Part shown: piece by piece, positions 1 through 14,260 of the stretch
Layout: each line of letters starts with the position of its first letter
Position numbering within the stretch: position 1 is the first letter of the stretch
Assembly: GCA_951406725.2 (NCBI GenBank)
Contig: OX597821.1
Coordinates: forward strand, 62,744,001-62,808,000
DNA from: Octopus vulgaris
Lineage: Eukaryota
Direction: 5' to 3'
Length of the DNA stretch: 64,000 nucleotides
Notes under the pieces: model-generated
What the model was told of the DNA's origin: nothing
The model's input: only the letters and a program-made list of their open reading frames with translations
Database searches by the model: none
Made by a program: the position numbers and the translations under genes

Positions 1-1555
1 TGCACCAATGAAACAAAGTTGACCTGCGCTAAATAAGAACATTCTAAACAAAATATTTCTAAACAAAATATGACGGCAATCAAAATAATTACCGCATTCA
101 CATTCAAGTCAGCTACATAATTACTCTCTCTCTCTCTCTCTCTCTGTTCATAGGCCCTGAAATTCTATGGGCACCGTGTAGCTGCTTTAAGAAGTGAATG
201 AGTTAATTTTCTTTGAAACGTAATGTTTGGTAATGTGTTCAAAAGATGAAACAATAGAAATTATTCAAGGTAATTTTAGTACCATTTTCCCAAATAAATT
301 ACATGCAAATTACATTAACAGACTATTTTTATAATTATTTTTTAACCAAATATTAATCATTGCCCTTTAAAGTGTTCGTGTATTCGCTCAGCTTTAATGA
401 TTCCATATTTTGTATAAACGTGTAACAAAATAATGTTATCAAAACCTTATTTCACGACTACTATCACACTAATTTGTGTCGTTTGTATCTGAAGCAAGGA
501 ATTGATTTTGATTTTTCTAAATAACCTTAGTTAAACGCTAAAGGCTACACAGGGTACATCATATACAATTAAATCCCTTTGGCTAATGTAAATACAAGAA
601 TTAGTTATAATTATTCAAATATGTTTCATGTCGTTAAGCATCGACATTTGTCAATCTAAGTTCGACCAATGATTTTGCATTCACCATACTTTCTTCGCTG
701 TTATATAGCGGTTTCTTTAAATATGTAGTAATCATTTAGCATTATCACGTAGAGTACTCATACAAAGATTTAAACAATTCAAACTTATTATCTGTATGTG
801 ACGGGAAAACAATTTAGAGAATTAAGTTGTGGCAGTTATATGGGGCTTAGCACTTGATATTAAATTTATCGATCTTCATCGCTTTCTATAATACGATGTA
901 ATTGGAAACAGGCACGGTTCGGTAATTATGCAAATGAAATATTCTTTAATAAATCGAAATACTTGCGAAAAAAATAGAAAAAAAGCATTTTTTTTCAGTT
1001 CGATCAGCGTTCAATTTGTACGGTTGACTAAATAATATTCTCAGATTTAATTTCTCTTTCAAATGAACTTCCATAGCACATTATGATTAAAATTGTAAAT
1101 CCAGTCTTAAATATGTGTAACGCTAACTGAAATCTAGTCCCATAATTTATCTTCCGTTTTGTTTGTGATAACCAGCAAAGTGTAAACACAGCATAACTTT
1201 ATAAATATGATAGAGACTCCTCGGTTCATAGATTGTAATATAACTTCAAATCAAAGGCAATCAGCTTCAGTCTTGGGACGGCTGCTAAAGCTATTTGCCA
1301 TACTGTAACTAACGATCGATTTTAATTGTGTGGTATGATAGCAAACTAATCGAATGTTTAACAGTCTTTTCCGCCATTTCAAATCACATTATCGGAACCT
1401 ACCTAAAGCAACAAAGATGGTCAGCAATGGGTAGCATTTCAGTCAAGAATCTCCTTCCAGCTGTTGAAACAATGAGATGTAATAAGCACCATAGAAATTA
1501 GAAAGCCAACTGGGAAAAAGAAACAAAAATTACGGTGGTCAGATATACTGTTAGA

Positions 1556-1556
<1 letters not shown>

Positions 1557-1654
<98 letters not shown>

Positions 1655-1666
1655 AATAAATAAATA
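1557..1666. repeat. (TAA)n then (TAAA)n microsatellite
   Basis: Directly visible. Confidence 0.95.
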
Positions 1667-1667
1667 A

Positions 1668-1930
1668 CTGATTGGAAGTGTTGACATGTACATTGTTTTG
1701 TCTTGGTATAAACGATGTGCTACGTCAAATATTCTGCTCACTACCACACATTTGCTTGTTAGTTGTTTGACCTTAACCAGTTGAGCATGTCCCGTGGTGG
1801 ATGACGATATGTGCATATTTGACCACGATCAGAAGTAGTGGGGGAGCTTCATAGTCATGTGTTGAAAGGAACTCTTTGCAGTTTCGATAATTCGACTCCG
1901 GAAACATAAATGTTTTGTTCAACATCTTTA
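1668..1930 (+). mobile_element. Interspersed repeat family E, partial copy
   Basis: Reverse-complement match to 59710-59978 (ctgattggaagtgtt...ttttgtcttggtataaa...aatattctgctca...gtttgaccttaac...cagaagtagtg). Confidence 0.85.
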
Positions 1931-1965
1931 ACCATTATTGTTACTAATGCTATTGTTATTATCAT

Positions 1966-2000
<35 letters not shown>

Positions 2001-2397
2001 TAATGGCCAATCTGAAAACATTTGGTTGGTCGGACAATTTGCCTTGCAGATTTCCTCCTGCGCTTTAGTTCCCAATTCGAGTTCTTCAGAAGTAAACCTT
2101 GTATTTCGTCCTCTTGGCGTGGATAAAGTAATGCAATGGCGTCATTGATGTGGAATAATCCTCTTTCCTCAAAAGTGATCGCCTTCTGCTAAACTTAGAA
2201 ACAAGTAAGCCCACGAATTAACAGAATTGTTTAAGCGACAGGAAGAAACATTTATATTCTGAGGGTAGAATTTGGTTTGTAGTCATTCGGGGTCAGTGAA
2301 GTTTCGCTCATGTACATTATTTTATCTGACGGACTATCTCTTGAATTAGAAACATTTATTATTGTTATTAATTCATTGTTATTAATTCGTTGTTATT

Positions 2398-2750
2398 AGC
2401 TCAAATTCTGCCGTGGTCATCTTTGCATGTCATTATTTCGGAGTCAATAAAATGATTACCGGGTCGATTTTGCCTTTCCACCGAGGTCGACTTTGCCTTT
2501 CAGCCGTTCGGGGTCGATAAATTAAGTAGCAGTGGAGTACTGGGATCGATCTAACCGACTTACCACTCGCCTAAATTTCCGGCATTGTGCCTATAATAGA
2601 AAGCGTTATTATTTTTGCTTTCTGCCGAGATCGACTTTAACTTTCATCCTTTAGAAGTCGATAAAATAAATACCAGTTGAACACTGAGGTCGATGTGACT
2701 CATGCCCTCCCCTCAAATCGCTGCCCTTGTGGAAAAATTTGAAACCATTA
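2398..2750 (+). mobile_element. Tandem partial copies of SINE family A
   Basis: Repeated ccgaggtcgactttgccttt...ggggtcgataaattaagta motif, shared with the copies at 36694 and 44608. Confidence 0.8.
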
Positions 2751-2754
2751 TAAT

Positions 2755-2772
2755 TATTACTATTGTTATTAC

Positions 2773-2866
<94 letters not shown>

Positions 2867-2898
2867 GATGGTGGTAGTGGTGGTGGTGGTGGTGGTAT

Positions 2899-2940
<42 letters not shown>

Positions 2941-2960
2941 GAGGAGGAGGAGGAGGAGGG
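2755..2960. repeat. Compound trinucleotide microsatellite (ATT)n(AGT)n(GGT)n(AGT)n(AGG)n
   Basis: Directly visible. Confidence 0.95.
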
Positions 2961-3590
2961 GTATAATATTGTTCATATGCATTTTCGCATTATTTACAAT
3001 ACGAAAACAAACTGATAATATCCTTATTAATATAGATGTTTCTAAGAGGTTGAGAGCAAGTATATACCAGACAGTGCTTTGTTACGATATTTTACTGTAT
3101 AAATATATAAACATATAATATATATATTTATAACAAATCACGTTTGAGAGTTTTTATAGTTCTTATTCTGCTGCTAAAGTCAACTGTGACATGTAGTATT
3201 TTGGCTGATGTTTTAATCTTGACAATTTGACACGGTAGATTACAGCTGTCTAGCGACTGAACACGTGCCAAAGTATTTTCAAAACAGCATCATAATAAAC
3301 ATCAAAGATTGTTCCAGTAGAATGCGGTTGTTTTGACCAAAATACTAGATATTTGTTACAACGAAATCTTTTTTTTTTTTCATAATCATAAATAACGAAA
3401 CTACACATTTCCAAATTCAAAGCTAGACAAGTGTAATAATTCAAATGTAAAAATTATATGACTATTTCTGGTTTCAATTCAGAGTAGTAAAAACAGCTAC
3501 ATGCACCCACACCGACACACTTACACACACACGTACTCGTACGGCCAGACACAAATGAGACAGAGGGGAATACAAACACTCGTATATATG

Positions 3591-3635
<45 letters not shown>

Positions 3636-4180
3636 TTGTTTGTATATGTGTGTGGATACATTCGTGTTTGCATATAAATAACGAAGCGTATATGGGTTCG
3701 TATAAGCCTTTAGGTATCTATGCTACTGTGTTGATTAATACTCTGCATATATTTTCACACACATGCACAGATATAATGCAGAGAATACGGTTATTCTACT
3801 CTGCGTCTAGTCAATTTTTAGTTTCGTTGACTGAAGCAGCGGTAGGTACAGGAATGATGTCATCCGCGTTGCTTATCTCTGGAGGTGAACTTGCAATGAA
3901 AGGTAATACACTCTCTTCTACATAAAACAATGTTCAGAAATCTGTATATAGAAAGTTCGTTAGACATATTTTTTCAAGTGAAATAAAATAAAATTCCTGA
4001 CATATTTGTCGTCGGAGCGGCATAACAAGGAACAAAAATTAAGCGAGTTTCAACATTCTGCAAATTGTCTTAAAAAGAAAGACGATAAAAAATAGTTAAT
4101 ATTTTAAAAGACATATTTCCTCTTATACTGCTGTTTTTTCCGAGGGCGAGAAGCAAACCATGCGTTTAAGTATATGAAAA

Positions 4181-4290
4181 GACCAATCCACAAACAGATT
4201 AGACATACATACATACATACATACATACATACATACATACATACATACATGTATGTATGTTTTTATGTATAATCTCTTTGTGGATTGGTC
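4181..4290. repeat. Inverted repeat around a (TACA)n/(TGTA)n switch
   Basis: gaccaatccacaaacagattagacata at 4181 pairs with tatgtataatctctttgtggattggtc ending at 4290. Confidence 0.85.
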
Positions 4291-4291
4291 A

Positions 4292-4426
<135 letters not shown>

Positions 4427-6237
4427 ATTGCAGCGTGTAAGGTGTTTGTAAGCCATTTAAGAAACACACAAACCCGTTCGATTCACTTCAACATTTAAGT
4501 TTAATATGTCAAACTATTTTCGTCGCTAAAATCCGCGACCTGTTCACTGACAAGGATCCGTGCTGCATCTGAGAAAGTAACAGTTAGTTCGTCATATATA
4601 TGTACGTATGTATGTGTGTATGTATGTATACACGCATGTATGCATGTATGTATGTATGTATGTATGTACGTACAAACGCCTGTGTATGTATGTATGTATT
4701 TATGTATGTATGTATTATATATGTATGTGTGTGTATATGCACGCACATACACACTATAAACATAAAGTTATAAACCTCTAGTGATGTATAGATGTAGACT
4801 GACCACTCATCACAATAATATCAAATTTCAACCTCCCCCGCCGAAACTAGGAAGTGATTTACGACCCTCATCCCCAAAACAAAACCCTGAAACCTATTAT
4901 CAGACATTTATCTCTATATCACAGAATTATTGTTTTACTATTACTTGTTTTGTTTTTTTTCCCCCTTCCAGCATCTAGTTAGTTCAGGTCATATATATAT
5001 ACCTATGTATGTGTGTGTGTATGTATGTATGTATGTATGTATGTATGTATGTATGTATGTATGTATGTATGTATGTATGTATGCATGTACGTATGTATGT
5101 ATGAGTGTATGTACATACGTACGCATGTGCGTATGTATGTATACGCGCACGTATACCTGTGCCCATGTATGTGTGTGCGTACATGTACGTGCGTATGTAC
5201 GTGTGTATGCCCATACGTAGGTATGTATGTATGTTTGTACTCGTGTGCTACGTATGTATGTATGTGAGTGTCTAGGAGAATGGGCAGACGCGTCTGTGGG
5301 AGTGTATACATGTGTATATGTTTGTGAACGTATGTCCGTGTACTGGTATGTGTCCGTCCAAGTTGTGTACATGACTGTTACTTTGTTGAAGGTTGTATAC
5401 ATACTCACATATATGTTTGTATAGACGCACACACATATATATATGTGTGGGTGTGTGTTTGTTCCTCTCATCAGATATATATCTGCTTGATTTCGTGCGT
5501 GCACTTCTGTATATATATTTCTATATATGTATACATACATGCATACACACTCACACATATATATATATATATACATATATATACATACATATATGTAATA
5601 CATGAACCTACAAAAATGCACACAGTCGCAAATACACACATGCATGTGTGTGCATGTGTGAATTTGTAAAAGTATTTTTAAGAGAGGAAAAAGGCACACT
5701 TAATCACACCCATGATTTCCCATATGACTACGTTTCACCAACCTCTTTCAAAAACCACGCATGCGCATGATAACTCGTATTGCTTATAATGAATGATTGT
5801 GTACATTGTTTTTAGTAGTTACAGAATATATAAAATATAAATTACGATGAACATAAATCATTGCTTAACGTAAAAAAACTTATTTCACTAGGTAAATACA
5901 ATTCGTTAGTGCTTTATTCAGATAAAATATATATTTACAATACGAAAACAAACTGATAATAGAGTACATACACACAGAGTACATACACACATGTACTTAA
6001 TACATACACACATACCTACACGCGCATACGCATAAGTGTGTGTGCGTGTGTAAGTATGCATGCATATAGGTATGTATATATAAGAGAGATACATGCTTTT
6101 ATATATACATGTGTGATTCTGGGTTTCTGTACATGAATACGGTGTATTTTCATTGAACATATCTAAATATAAATTTATAACATTTATGCACTCGTAATTG
6201 AATTGTATTTTCTAAATCACGTGTGCAATAAAAATTC

Positions 6238-6298
<61 letters not shown>

Positions 6299-6381
6299 AA
6301 TATGTGTGTACATACATATGTGCATGTCTGTGTGTGTACACATCTATACCACCACCCACGTATATATATATATTATATATC

Positions 6382-6425
<44 letters not shown>

Positions 6426-7375
6426 GAGAGAGAGAGAGAAATAGAGAAAGAGAAAGAGAGAGAGACGCCTACACATGTTTATACACTCCTGTGTACATAT
6501 ATATGTATTTAAAATGAGAATAAATTGGGCTTTTTTTTCAGATTGTCTATATTGTGGTGCGTTGTAATCTGAAACCATCATACTGAAACGCCCATATCAA
6601 AACTAATAGTATTTAATCGATTTCTGTTCGAGGAGAAAGCACCAGACACGTGAGAAATCTGATAAATTACAACACTGAGGAATAGAAACCTTTATATATT
6701 TGGAAGTTCCCGATAACACGTTGAACGCCAATGTTTCGTAGAGTGCGATAAAAGTATAGGTTAAGATCTAATGTCACTGAAGAGTCAGCATAGAGAGGTT
6801 TTAAGTTCACCGATCGATCAGTGACTATTTACGAGACTGCTCCTCCCGAAATCCATATTGAACACGTAAAAGCTTCAGTTTAGAAAGCTAACACCAGATC
6901 TAAATATAAGGATGGCTGTGATGAGACAGACCTTAGATTTACTTCGATTTTGAGTTAATAAATACCGTAACTTGTCAAATGTATCATGCTACCAGTCAAA
7001 CAATATGGAGAAGTGTTTTGCGAAAGTGCATTCAAAATAAATATTGCGATAGGATAGAATCCTTTCTGTACACACTTATATTTAAATGTGTAAATGAATT
7101 TAAAAGACATTTCTTACAACATTTTTTAAAATTGTATTTCCACGAATGAACAGGCGTGCGTATGCACATGTGCAAAAGATACACACGCACACACAAACAC
7201 ACACACACACACACACACATACACACACACATACACACACAAACAGACACACATACACACATAAGAAATATATTAATATGAATATGCATGTCTCGCTGTG
7301 TGTATATGTGTGTGTCTTTGTACCTGTGCTTGTCTCTCTATCTATCTATGTATACACACGCGCACACATACACAC

Positions 7376-7418
<43 letters not shown>

Positions 7419-7579
7419 TAGATAGATAGATAGATAGATATACATATATATATATGTCTCTGTGTGTGTGTGTGTGCGTATTTAAGGAAGTATGAACACA
7501 AGAAATTATGAGTGACGATGTGTATGTAGGTATACTTAAATATGTTCATATATATGTGCGCGCTTATACGTGTGTATGC

Positions 7580-7627
<48 letters not shown>

Positions 7628-7809
7628 ATGTATATGTAAAAAAACACAAACTGGGACAAGAACGCAAAACATTTAGAAGACGATACAAAAAACACGGACG
7701 GGACATTTGAAGCCTTGAATCTTCAGTCAAGAACCGGATCATCCTCGCAATTTCGGCTGATTAATACAGAGAGATAGAGCGAGTGAGAGAGAGAGACAAA
7801 GATAGGTAA

Positions 7810-8150
7810 AGGCGATTGGTTCAATGTTTAGAGCGTTGGCTTCACAATTGTAAGGTAGAGAGTTCGATTCCCACACCTGGCTATGTGCTGTGTTCTTGGC
7901 TAAAACACTTTTATTTTCACGTTGCTACAGTTCTACTCAGTTGCAGAAATGATTTGCGACATCACTTGTGCCAAAGCGGATCGGCCTTTGCCTTTCTCTT
8001 GAATAACCTCGGCAGCATGGAGAGAGGAGGCTGGTATGCATGGGTGTACTGCTGGTCTTCCATTAACACACTTGCCTGGACTTGTGCCTCGGAGGGTAAC
8101 TTTCGAGGTGTGCAATCCCATGGTCACGAGCGAAAGATGTCTTTACCTTC
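7810..8150 (+). mobile_element. tRNA-derived SINE (family C)
   Basis: A-box-like tggttcaatgtttagagc and B-box-like gagttcgattccc, followed by a tgtgttcttggctaaaacacttt core like that of the other SINEs here. Confidence 0.75.
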
Positions 8151-8156
8151 TCCCTA

Positions 8157-8209
<53 letters not shown>

Positions 8210-8213
<4 letters not shown>

Positions 8214-8402
8214 TGTGCGGGTTTGCCTGTGTCTATGTTTATCATGGTTGATCGTCTTTAGTTGCACTTCCATGTGTCTCAAAGTGTTTTGTGGTTACAT
8301 TACTAGGAGAGCAACGTATAAATCTCTCTTTTCCATTTGAATTATTCTTCCTGTAAGCGTAAACAACTTTCGCGTGTGTGCATGTGTATACATACATACA
8401 TT

Positions 8403-8463
<61 letters not shown>

Positions 8464-8522
8464 TTATATATATATATGTGTATATATATATATATATACA
8501 CACACACATATATATATATATG

Positions 8523-8569
<47 letters not shown>

Positions 8570-8755
8570 GTATGTATACACACGCGCACACACGAAAGAT
8601 GTTTACGCTTATAGGAAGAATAATTCAAATGGAAAAGAGAGATTTATACGTTGCTCTCCTAGTAATGTAACCACAAAACACTTCGAGACACATTGAAGTG
8701 CAACTAAAGACGATCAACCATGATAAACATAGACACAGACAAACACGTACACCTA
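8210..8755. repeat. Inverted duplication, about 190-bp arms flanking a (TA)n-rich spacer
   Basis: 8210-8400 is the reverse complement of about 8565-8755, with scattered mismatches. Confidence 0.95.
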
Positions 8756-9249
8756 CACGTATACGCACAAATAGAACGTTATTCTTTCTAATATACACAA
8801 GGATAAGAAACACCTGCTTCCATATATGTACGTGTGTGTGTGTATGATTGTTTCTTGTGTGTGTATATGATTGTGTGTGCTGGAACATAAAGAAAGAGAA
8901 ATACGCCAAAAGGATACAGTAATTCTATGAGTGTAGGTGGATTTATTTGAAGATTTATTTCGATATATGGAGATGGCCTTTAACTCTGAAGATAGACTAC
9001 CTGACATTTAGCTGGGACATTTGGAATCGAACAACACTTTTTAAATGTTGTCCCACAGTCTGGAAGAATACAAAAATATCTATCCTTGCATTTATAAACT
9101 TCTATATTATTACATGCACACATGCAAACACTCACACATTCAAACAAGTTTAAGTTACATTTCTCAGGCAGCATAATTAACAATAATTCTATTACCAACT
9201 ATGACCATTATATAATTTTACATGTACACGTATGTGTATATCTGTGGAT

Positions 9250-9545
9250 GAAGGTACGTGGCTTAGATGAAGGTACGTAAGGTCGCGAGTTCGATTCTTG
9301 GCGACGTGTTATGTCCTTGAGCATGACATTATATTTCACGTTCTTCCACTTCAATCTGCTGGTGAAAGTGAGTAATATTTGTAATTCAATACGCTAGTCT
9401 TGTCACATTCTGTGTCAGATTGAATCCTCCCGAGAACTATGTTAATTGTACGCGTGTTCATGCAGCGCTCAGTCACATGCACGTTATTTTCAGGAGAAGG
9501 CTGTTCCACTGATCACCTGAAACCCAATGTCATCGTAACCGATGT
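9250..9545 (+). mobile_element. tRNA-derived SINE (family D), degenerate
   Basis: gaaggtacgtggcttag head, gagttcgattc B box, gtccttgagcatgaca core and gtcatcgtaaccga end. An inverted relative lies at 10930-11230. Confidence 0.75.
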
Positions 9546-9643
9546 AATGCCAATTCCTATATGTTCCTAAAGAAATGTATCTACAATGCATACATACACA
9601 CACATATACATCCAAGATTTTAAGAATTAGTTTATATATATAT

Positions 9644-9708
<65 letters not shown>

Positions 9709-10375
9709 TATATTGTAGTATTTCGGGACGGTCATTTTTCCAAATAAACACACGCACTATATATATATATATATATATATCTTTTTTTCCTTCAAACGTC
9801 TACTATTGTTCTTATATATAACATTCACTTATGCTTTCTATATTTTCCATACCAAAAAGTTTAAGTAATTGATTTGCTGTTAAAGGTAGAAAGCATATGA
9901 AGTCAAATAGTAGTAGACACGTGTTCATTGTAGTCTAAGCCTACAAACATCGATTAATTTGAAATTCTGTAATTCCGCTAATCAAATATAATAATACGAG
10001 AATTGCTTCCTGATTTCTTAAAATCGTTACCCCTGCTTGCTAAGAGTCGCTAATTGTTGCCATTCAACTTTTGTATCCGGTTTGAGATGCAGAGGAAAAC
10101 TTTAAGTAATTTAAGAAGCTATTATGTACTGAAGAATTCCGTATTATTTTGTCTTTTAATTTAATTATTCTAATTCGTGCTATAAGCGATATCATTAGCG
10201 TTTTATACTAGCGTATGTACATCCAAACACAACCATACAGGCACACATACGCAAATACATAGATACATATATACATACATACAAACATGGATATCCGTGT
10301 ATGAATATGTATGTACAAGTGCATATGTTTAAATTGCTTACACACACACACACACACATATATATATACATATAT

Positions 10376-10406
<31 letters not shown>

Positions 10407-10929
10407 CATATATACATATATACATATATACATATATATATATTTATACAAATATATAGTTACGTGTGTGTGTGCGTGTTTGTGTGTTTGAGTGCGTGTG
10501 TGTGTTTGTGTCTGTGTGTGTATGTGTGTAAGGGGAAATTGTTTGATATGTAATATAATAGGCGAATAATTGCGTTATTTAGTTAAATATACATTCTCGG
10601 GCCAGTATAAAGGTGTTGATGGCTTAAGACTCTACATTGAAATAAGTTTTGAAACCGTTCAATTAAACAACGATTGGCTGTTAATGTATTTCCTTTTACA
10701 TCCATTTGTAATATTTAAGCTGAAACTGTGCATAGCTAATGCCGTAATAGTTAATCGTCACAGTTAAATAGGCACCTTCCAGAACATAGCTTTACTAACA
10801 CATATATAGTTTTTACATCGTTACCGTGTGTCATTTGCAATCGTACAACGGTTTGATGGATATTTTTTTATAATTTTGCAGGGAGGATGTGAAACTATTC
10901 ATGCATTAATCAAACAATGGCTCACTGGG

Positions 10930-11230
10930 GTATCCGTCGGTTACAACGACGTGTGTTCCAGTTGTTTCGGTCAACGGAAGAACCTTCTCGTGAAATTAAT
11001 TCGCAACTGACTGAGCACCCAACAAACACGCGTATCTTAGGATGATTCAACGAAACAAACCAAATGTGACTAGGCGGGTTCATTGAACTAAGGTACAACT
11101 CATGTTTGCTAGCTGAGCAACGTGAAATAACGTGTCATGCCCAAGGTCACAGCGCAGCGCCGGGAAACGAACTTAAGACCCTACGATAGTGAACCGAATA
11201 CACCTACCACTAAGCCCACGTACCTTCACT
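10930..11230 (-). mobile_element. tRNA-derived SINE (family D), degenerate
   Basis: Reverse complement resembles 9250-9545 (taagcccacgtaccttca head; cgtcggttacaacgac end). Confidence 0.7.
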
Positions 11231-11267
11231 CAAACAATGAAGGGTTGGCTCATTGTTGAATGATAAT

Positions 11268-11817
11268 CCTTTCTACCATATGTACAGGGACTGAAACGTG
11301 AGGGAGGAGGTTAGTCGTTAACGACGATACCAGCGTTCCACTCGTATTTAATTTATCGACCCCGAAAGGATGAAAGGCAACATCGACTTCGGGCGAAATA
11401 CATATTTCTTTACTACCCACAAGGGGCTAAACACAAGGAGGACAAACAAGGACATACAAACGGATTAAGTCGATTATATCGACCCCAGTGTGTAACTGGT
11501 AGTTATTTAATCGACCCCGAAATGATGAAAGGCAAAATCAACTTAGGTCGCTTTTGAACTCAGAACGTAGAGGCAGACAAAATACCTATTTCTTTACTAC
11601 ACAAAAGGGGCTAAACACAGAGAGGACAAACAAGGACAGTCAAACGGATTAAGTCGATTACATCGACCCCAGTGCGTAACTGGTACTTAATTTATCGACC
11701 CCGAAAGGAAGAAAGGCAAAATAGACCTCGGTCGCATTTGAACTCAGAGCGTAGCGAAGAGCGAAATACCGCTAAGCATTTCGTCCGGCGTGCTAACGAT
11801 TCTGCCAGCTTCCCGCC
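11268..11817 (-). mobile_element. SINE family A, trimeric/nested copy
   Basis: Three iterations of atcgaccccgaaa(g/t)gatgaaaggcaa; the head gctaacgattctgccagct...cgcc is at the right end. Confidence 0.9.
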
Positions 11818-12390
11818 TTTGATTGTTCAGTGATAATGACAGCAATGATGACAACGAGGACGACGTCGACGACGATGACTATGATGACATCTCTTACACA
11901 TCTCGAAAACTGTACTCTAGATGCTACAGGAAGTATATTGACAATTGTTTATGCATATTGACTTGCTTATAAGAAATTGATACCTGATAAGTAAACAAAG
12001 AAGAACGTGGCAGTCACTCGCATTACACAAATAATTAACAAAGGCAGCAATTAATATTGTGACAATATATCGTATTGATTAGAAGAACTAATATTGCGAA
12101 TAATACTACTGATCTATTGTAAATATCAAAACACTTAAAAGACTCTCCCGGTAACCTACGGCAAAAATAGAAAAATCTTAATTGTGTTATGTTGAAACTG
12201 TTTACACGGAACAGCGTCATGTGAGTCAAGTAGTGGATTGCATTGGAAGATGAGATATTGAAAATAAACAGAAATTTAGCAATGAATACTTGATTAGAAT
12301 CAGGGATTGTTACAGTCTGATTATTAATTACAGTTCTTCTTCTCAACAACAACAGCTGAATCTACAACTACTATTCTGTTATTACTACAC

Positions 12391-12403
12391 ATGATGATGA
12401 TGA

Positions 12404-12457
<54 letters not shown>

Positions 12458-12459
12458 AG

Positions 12460-12522
<63 letters not shown>
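12391..12522. repeat. Compound (ATG)n(CTA)n(ATA)n microsatellite at a SINE tail
   Basis: Directly visible; abuts the 3' end of a minus-strand SINE. Confidence 0.95.
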
Positions 12523-12524
<2 letters not shown>

Positions 12525-12700
12525 TTTGGCACAAGGCCAAGAAGTTTGGGCGAGGAGACTAGTGGATTACATTGACCCCAGTGTTCAACTGGTACTCATT
12601 TTAACGACCCCGAAAGGATGAAAGGCAAAGTCAACCCTGGTAGAATTTGAACTCAGAACGTAACGACGGACGAAATGCCGCTAAGCATTCTGACCGGTGT
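12525..12700 (-). mobile_element. SINE family A
   Basis: gaccccgaaaggatgaaaggcaaagtcaac...tttgaactcagaacgtaa...gaaatgccgctaagcatt. Confidence 0.85.
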
Positions 12701-12783
12701 TATCGTAATTGGAAAATAAAGAAAATGGTTACGGAAGAGTTGCTTTTATTTTTCACCATGCTATATAGGAAAGGGCGTTCTCG

Positions 12784-13175
12784 GAGCTGGCAGAATCGTT
12801 AGCATGCCGGGTGAAATGCGTAGCCGTATTTCGTCTGCCGTTATGTTCTGAGTTCAAATTCCGGCGAGGTCAACTTTGCCTTTCATCCTTTCGGGGACGA
12901 TTAAATAAGTACCAGTTACGCACGGAATCGATATAATCGAATTAATCCGTGTGTCTGTCTTTGTTTGTCCTCTCTGTGTTTAGCCCCTTGTGGGTAGGAA
13001 AGAGATAGGTATTTTGTCTGTCTTTACGCTGCTTTTTCAAATTCCGCCGAGGTTGACTTTGCGTTTCATCGTTTCGAGCTCGATAAATCAAGTAGCAGTT
13101 GAGTACTGTGGTCGATCTAATCGACTGTTCCCTTTCCCAAAATTATCGGGCTTTGTGCTTAGTGTAGAAACGATT
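12784..13175 (+). mobile_element. SINE family A, dimeric copy
   Basis: gagctggcagaatcgttagca head and two iterations of caaattcc..cgaggt..actttgc.tttcatc. Confidence 0.9.
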
Positions 13176-13232
13176 ATAGAGAGAATACCGACTTCTGACT
13201 CCGGAGATATTAGCTACTAATATCTGTATACA

Positions 13233-13440
13233 GGCGGCGAGCTGGTAGACCCGTCAGCACGCTGGTATTGCTTAGTGTTATTTCTTCCGTCTTATTAAGT
13301 CCAAATTCCGTGCAGGTCGACTTCACCTGTCATCTTCGGGGTCGATAAAATAAGTTGCAGTTGACCACAAAGGTCAAAGTAATCGACTTACATCCTCCTC
13401 CGAACATGCTGGAATTTTGTCAAAATTCGAAACCAATATC
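13233..13440 (+). mobile_element. SINE family A, degenerate
   Basis: ggcggcgagctggtaga head and cggggtcgataaaataag core. Confidence 0.8.
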
Positions 13441-13919
13441 TATTTTCATGTATACTAGCACGCAAATTGTAAATTTGTTTGATTTCCATCGCATGCGTAT
13501 GATAATAATGCGGTTAATTATTTGGCTAATGATATAATGCATGCAAGATTTCCGATAATTTGGAATGTAATATGAAGTATATAATAGAAATTTACTCAAA
13601 TTAAACGATGGGAGTTTCTCTCTCTCAATGATAGGCTAAGAACACTAAACACGAATCGAATCACAAGTTTCTGTTCCCAGATCACTTAGGACACGTGAGG
13701 AATCAATTTGCTTACTTTTCACAGAATTGCTGAAAGACTGAAATATGTTCGTCAAGAATATGTAACTGACTTTCATTTGAAATTATGAATAAAAACCAAA
13801 ATTGACTCCCTGTGTATTATTAATTAAATAATAAATAACGCTTTCATCACAAGCACCGTTGTGGAAATTAGGACATATATATATATGCATATATATAAAC
13901 ACACACACACACACACACA

Positions 13920-14260
13920 AAGGGTAAATTGTCATCATTTTATATTACTAATTTCACGACAGCACATTGGCAGTCTTTGATTTTGCAGACTACACAGTAT
14001 TGTAGGGTCTGTGAGAAAAACAGCACCTTGGTGCAATTCACTGTGCCAGAAATTTGGAAATGACATGCTGTACTGCTTAGCATTGGCACCGGAAGCTCCA
14101 AAACGACCCTTTCAGAGTGTTTCCCTGCTAATCTGTGGACAGTGTAATCTCTCAACATCATGTTTTTTGGAGTGATCACTAGTGATGTCGACGTTATGCC
14201 TCCATTCATCTTCCCACACTGCCTCAGACTCAACACGGAAGCCTACATCAAATAGCTCAC
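13920..14260 (+). mobile_element. Internally deleted Tc1/mariner-superfamily (maT/DD37D-like) transposon remnant
   Basis: The + strand reads QFTVPEIWK*HAVLLSIGTGSSKTTLSECFPANLWTV* (N-terminal HTH region), joined to IMFFGVITSDVDVMPPFIFPHCLRLNTEAYIK*L. The latter matches the MVxGxIxSDGxxxPxFxFxxGxxxNxxxY catalytic segment of DD37D-type transposases. Confidence 0.8.

Noticed and set aside
1400-1556. Possible RTE-type LINE C-terminus (KPTGKKKQKLRWSDIL) before (TAA)n
   Set aside because: A single short motif; too weak without a profile search.
7640-7770. Hammerhead-like TGACTGAAG...CTTCAAA on the minus strand (similar motif at about 15140-15170)
   Set aside because: The core and stems are too degenerate to call, although both lie beside TA tracts.
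13940-14236. 98-aa minus-strand ORF
   Set aside because: It is the antisense of the maT-like transposase remnant.
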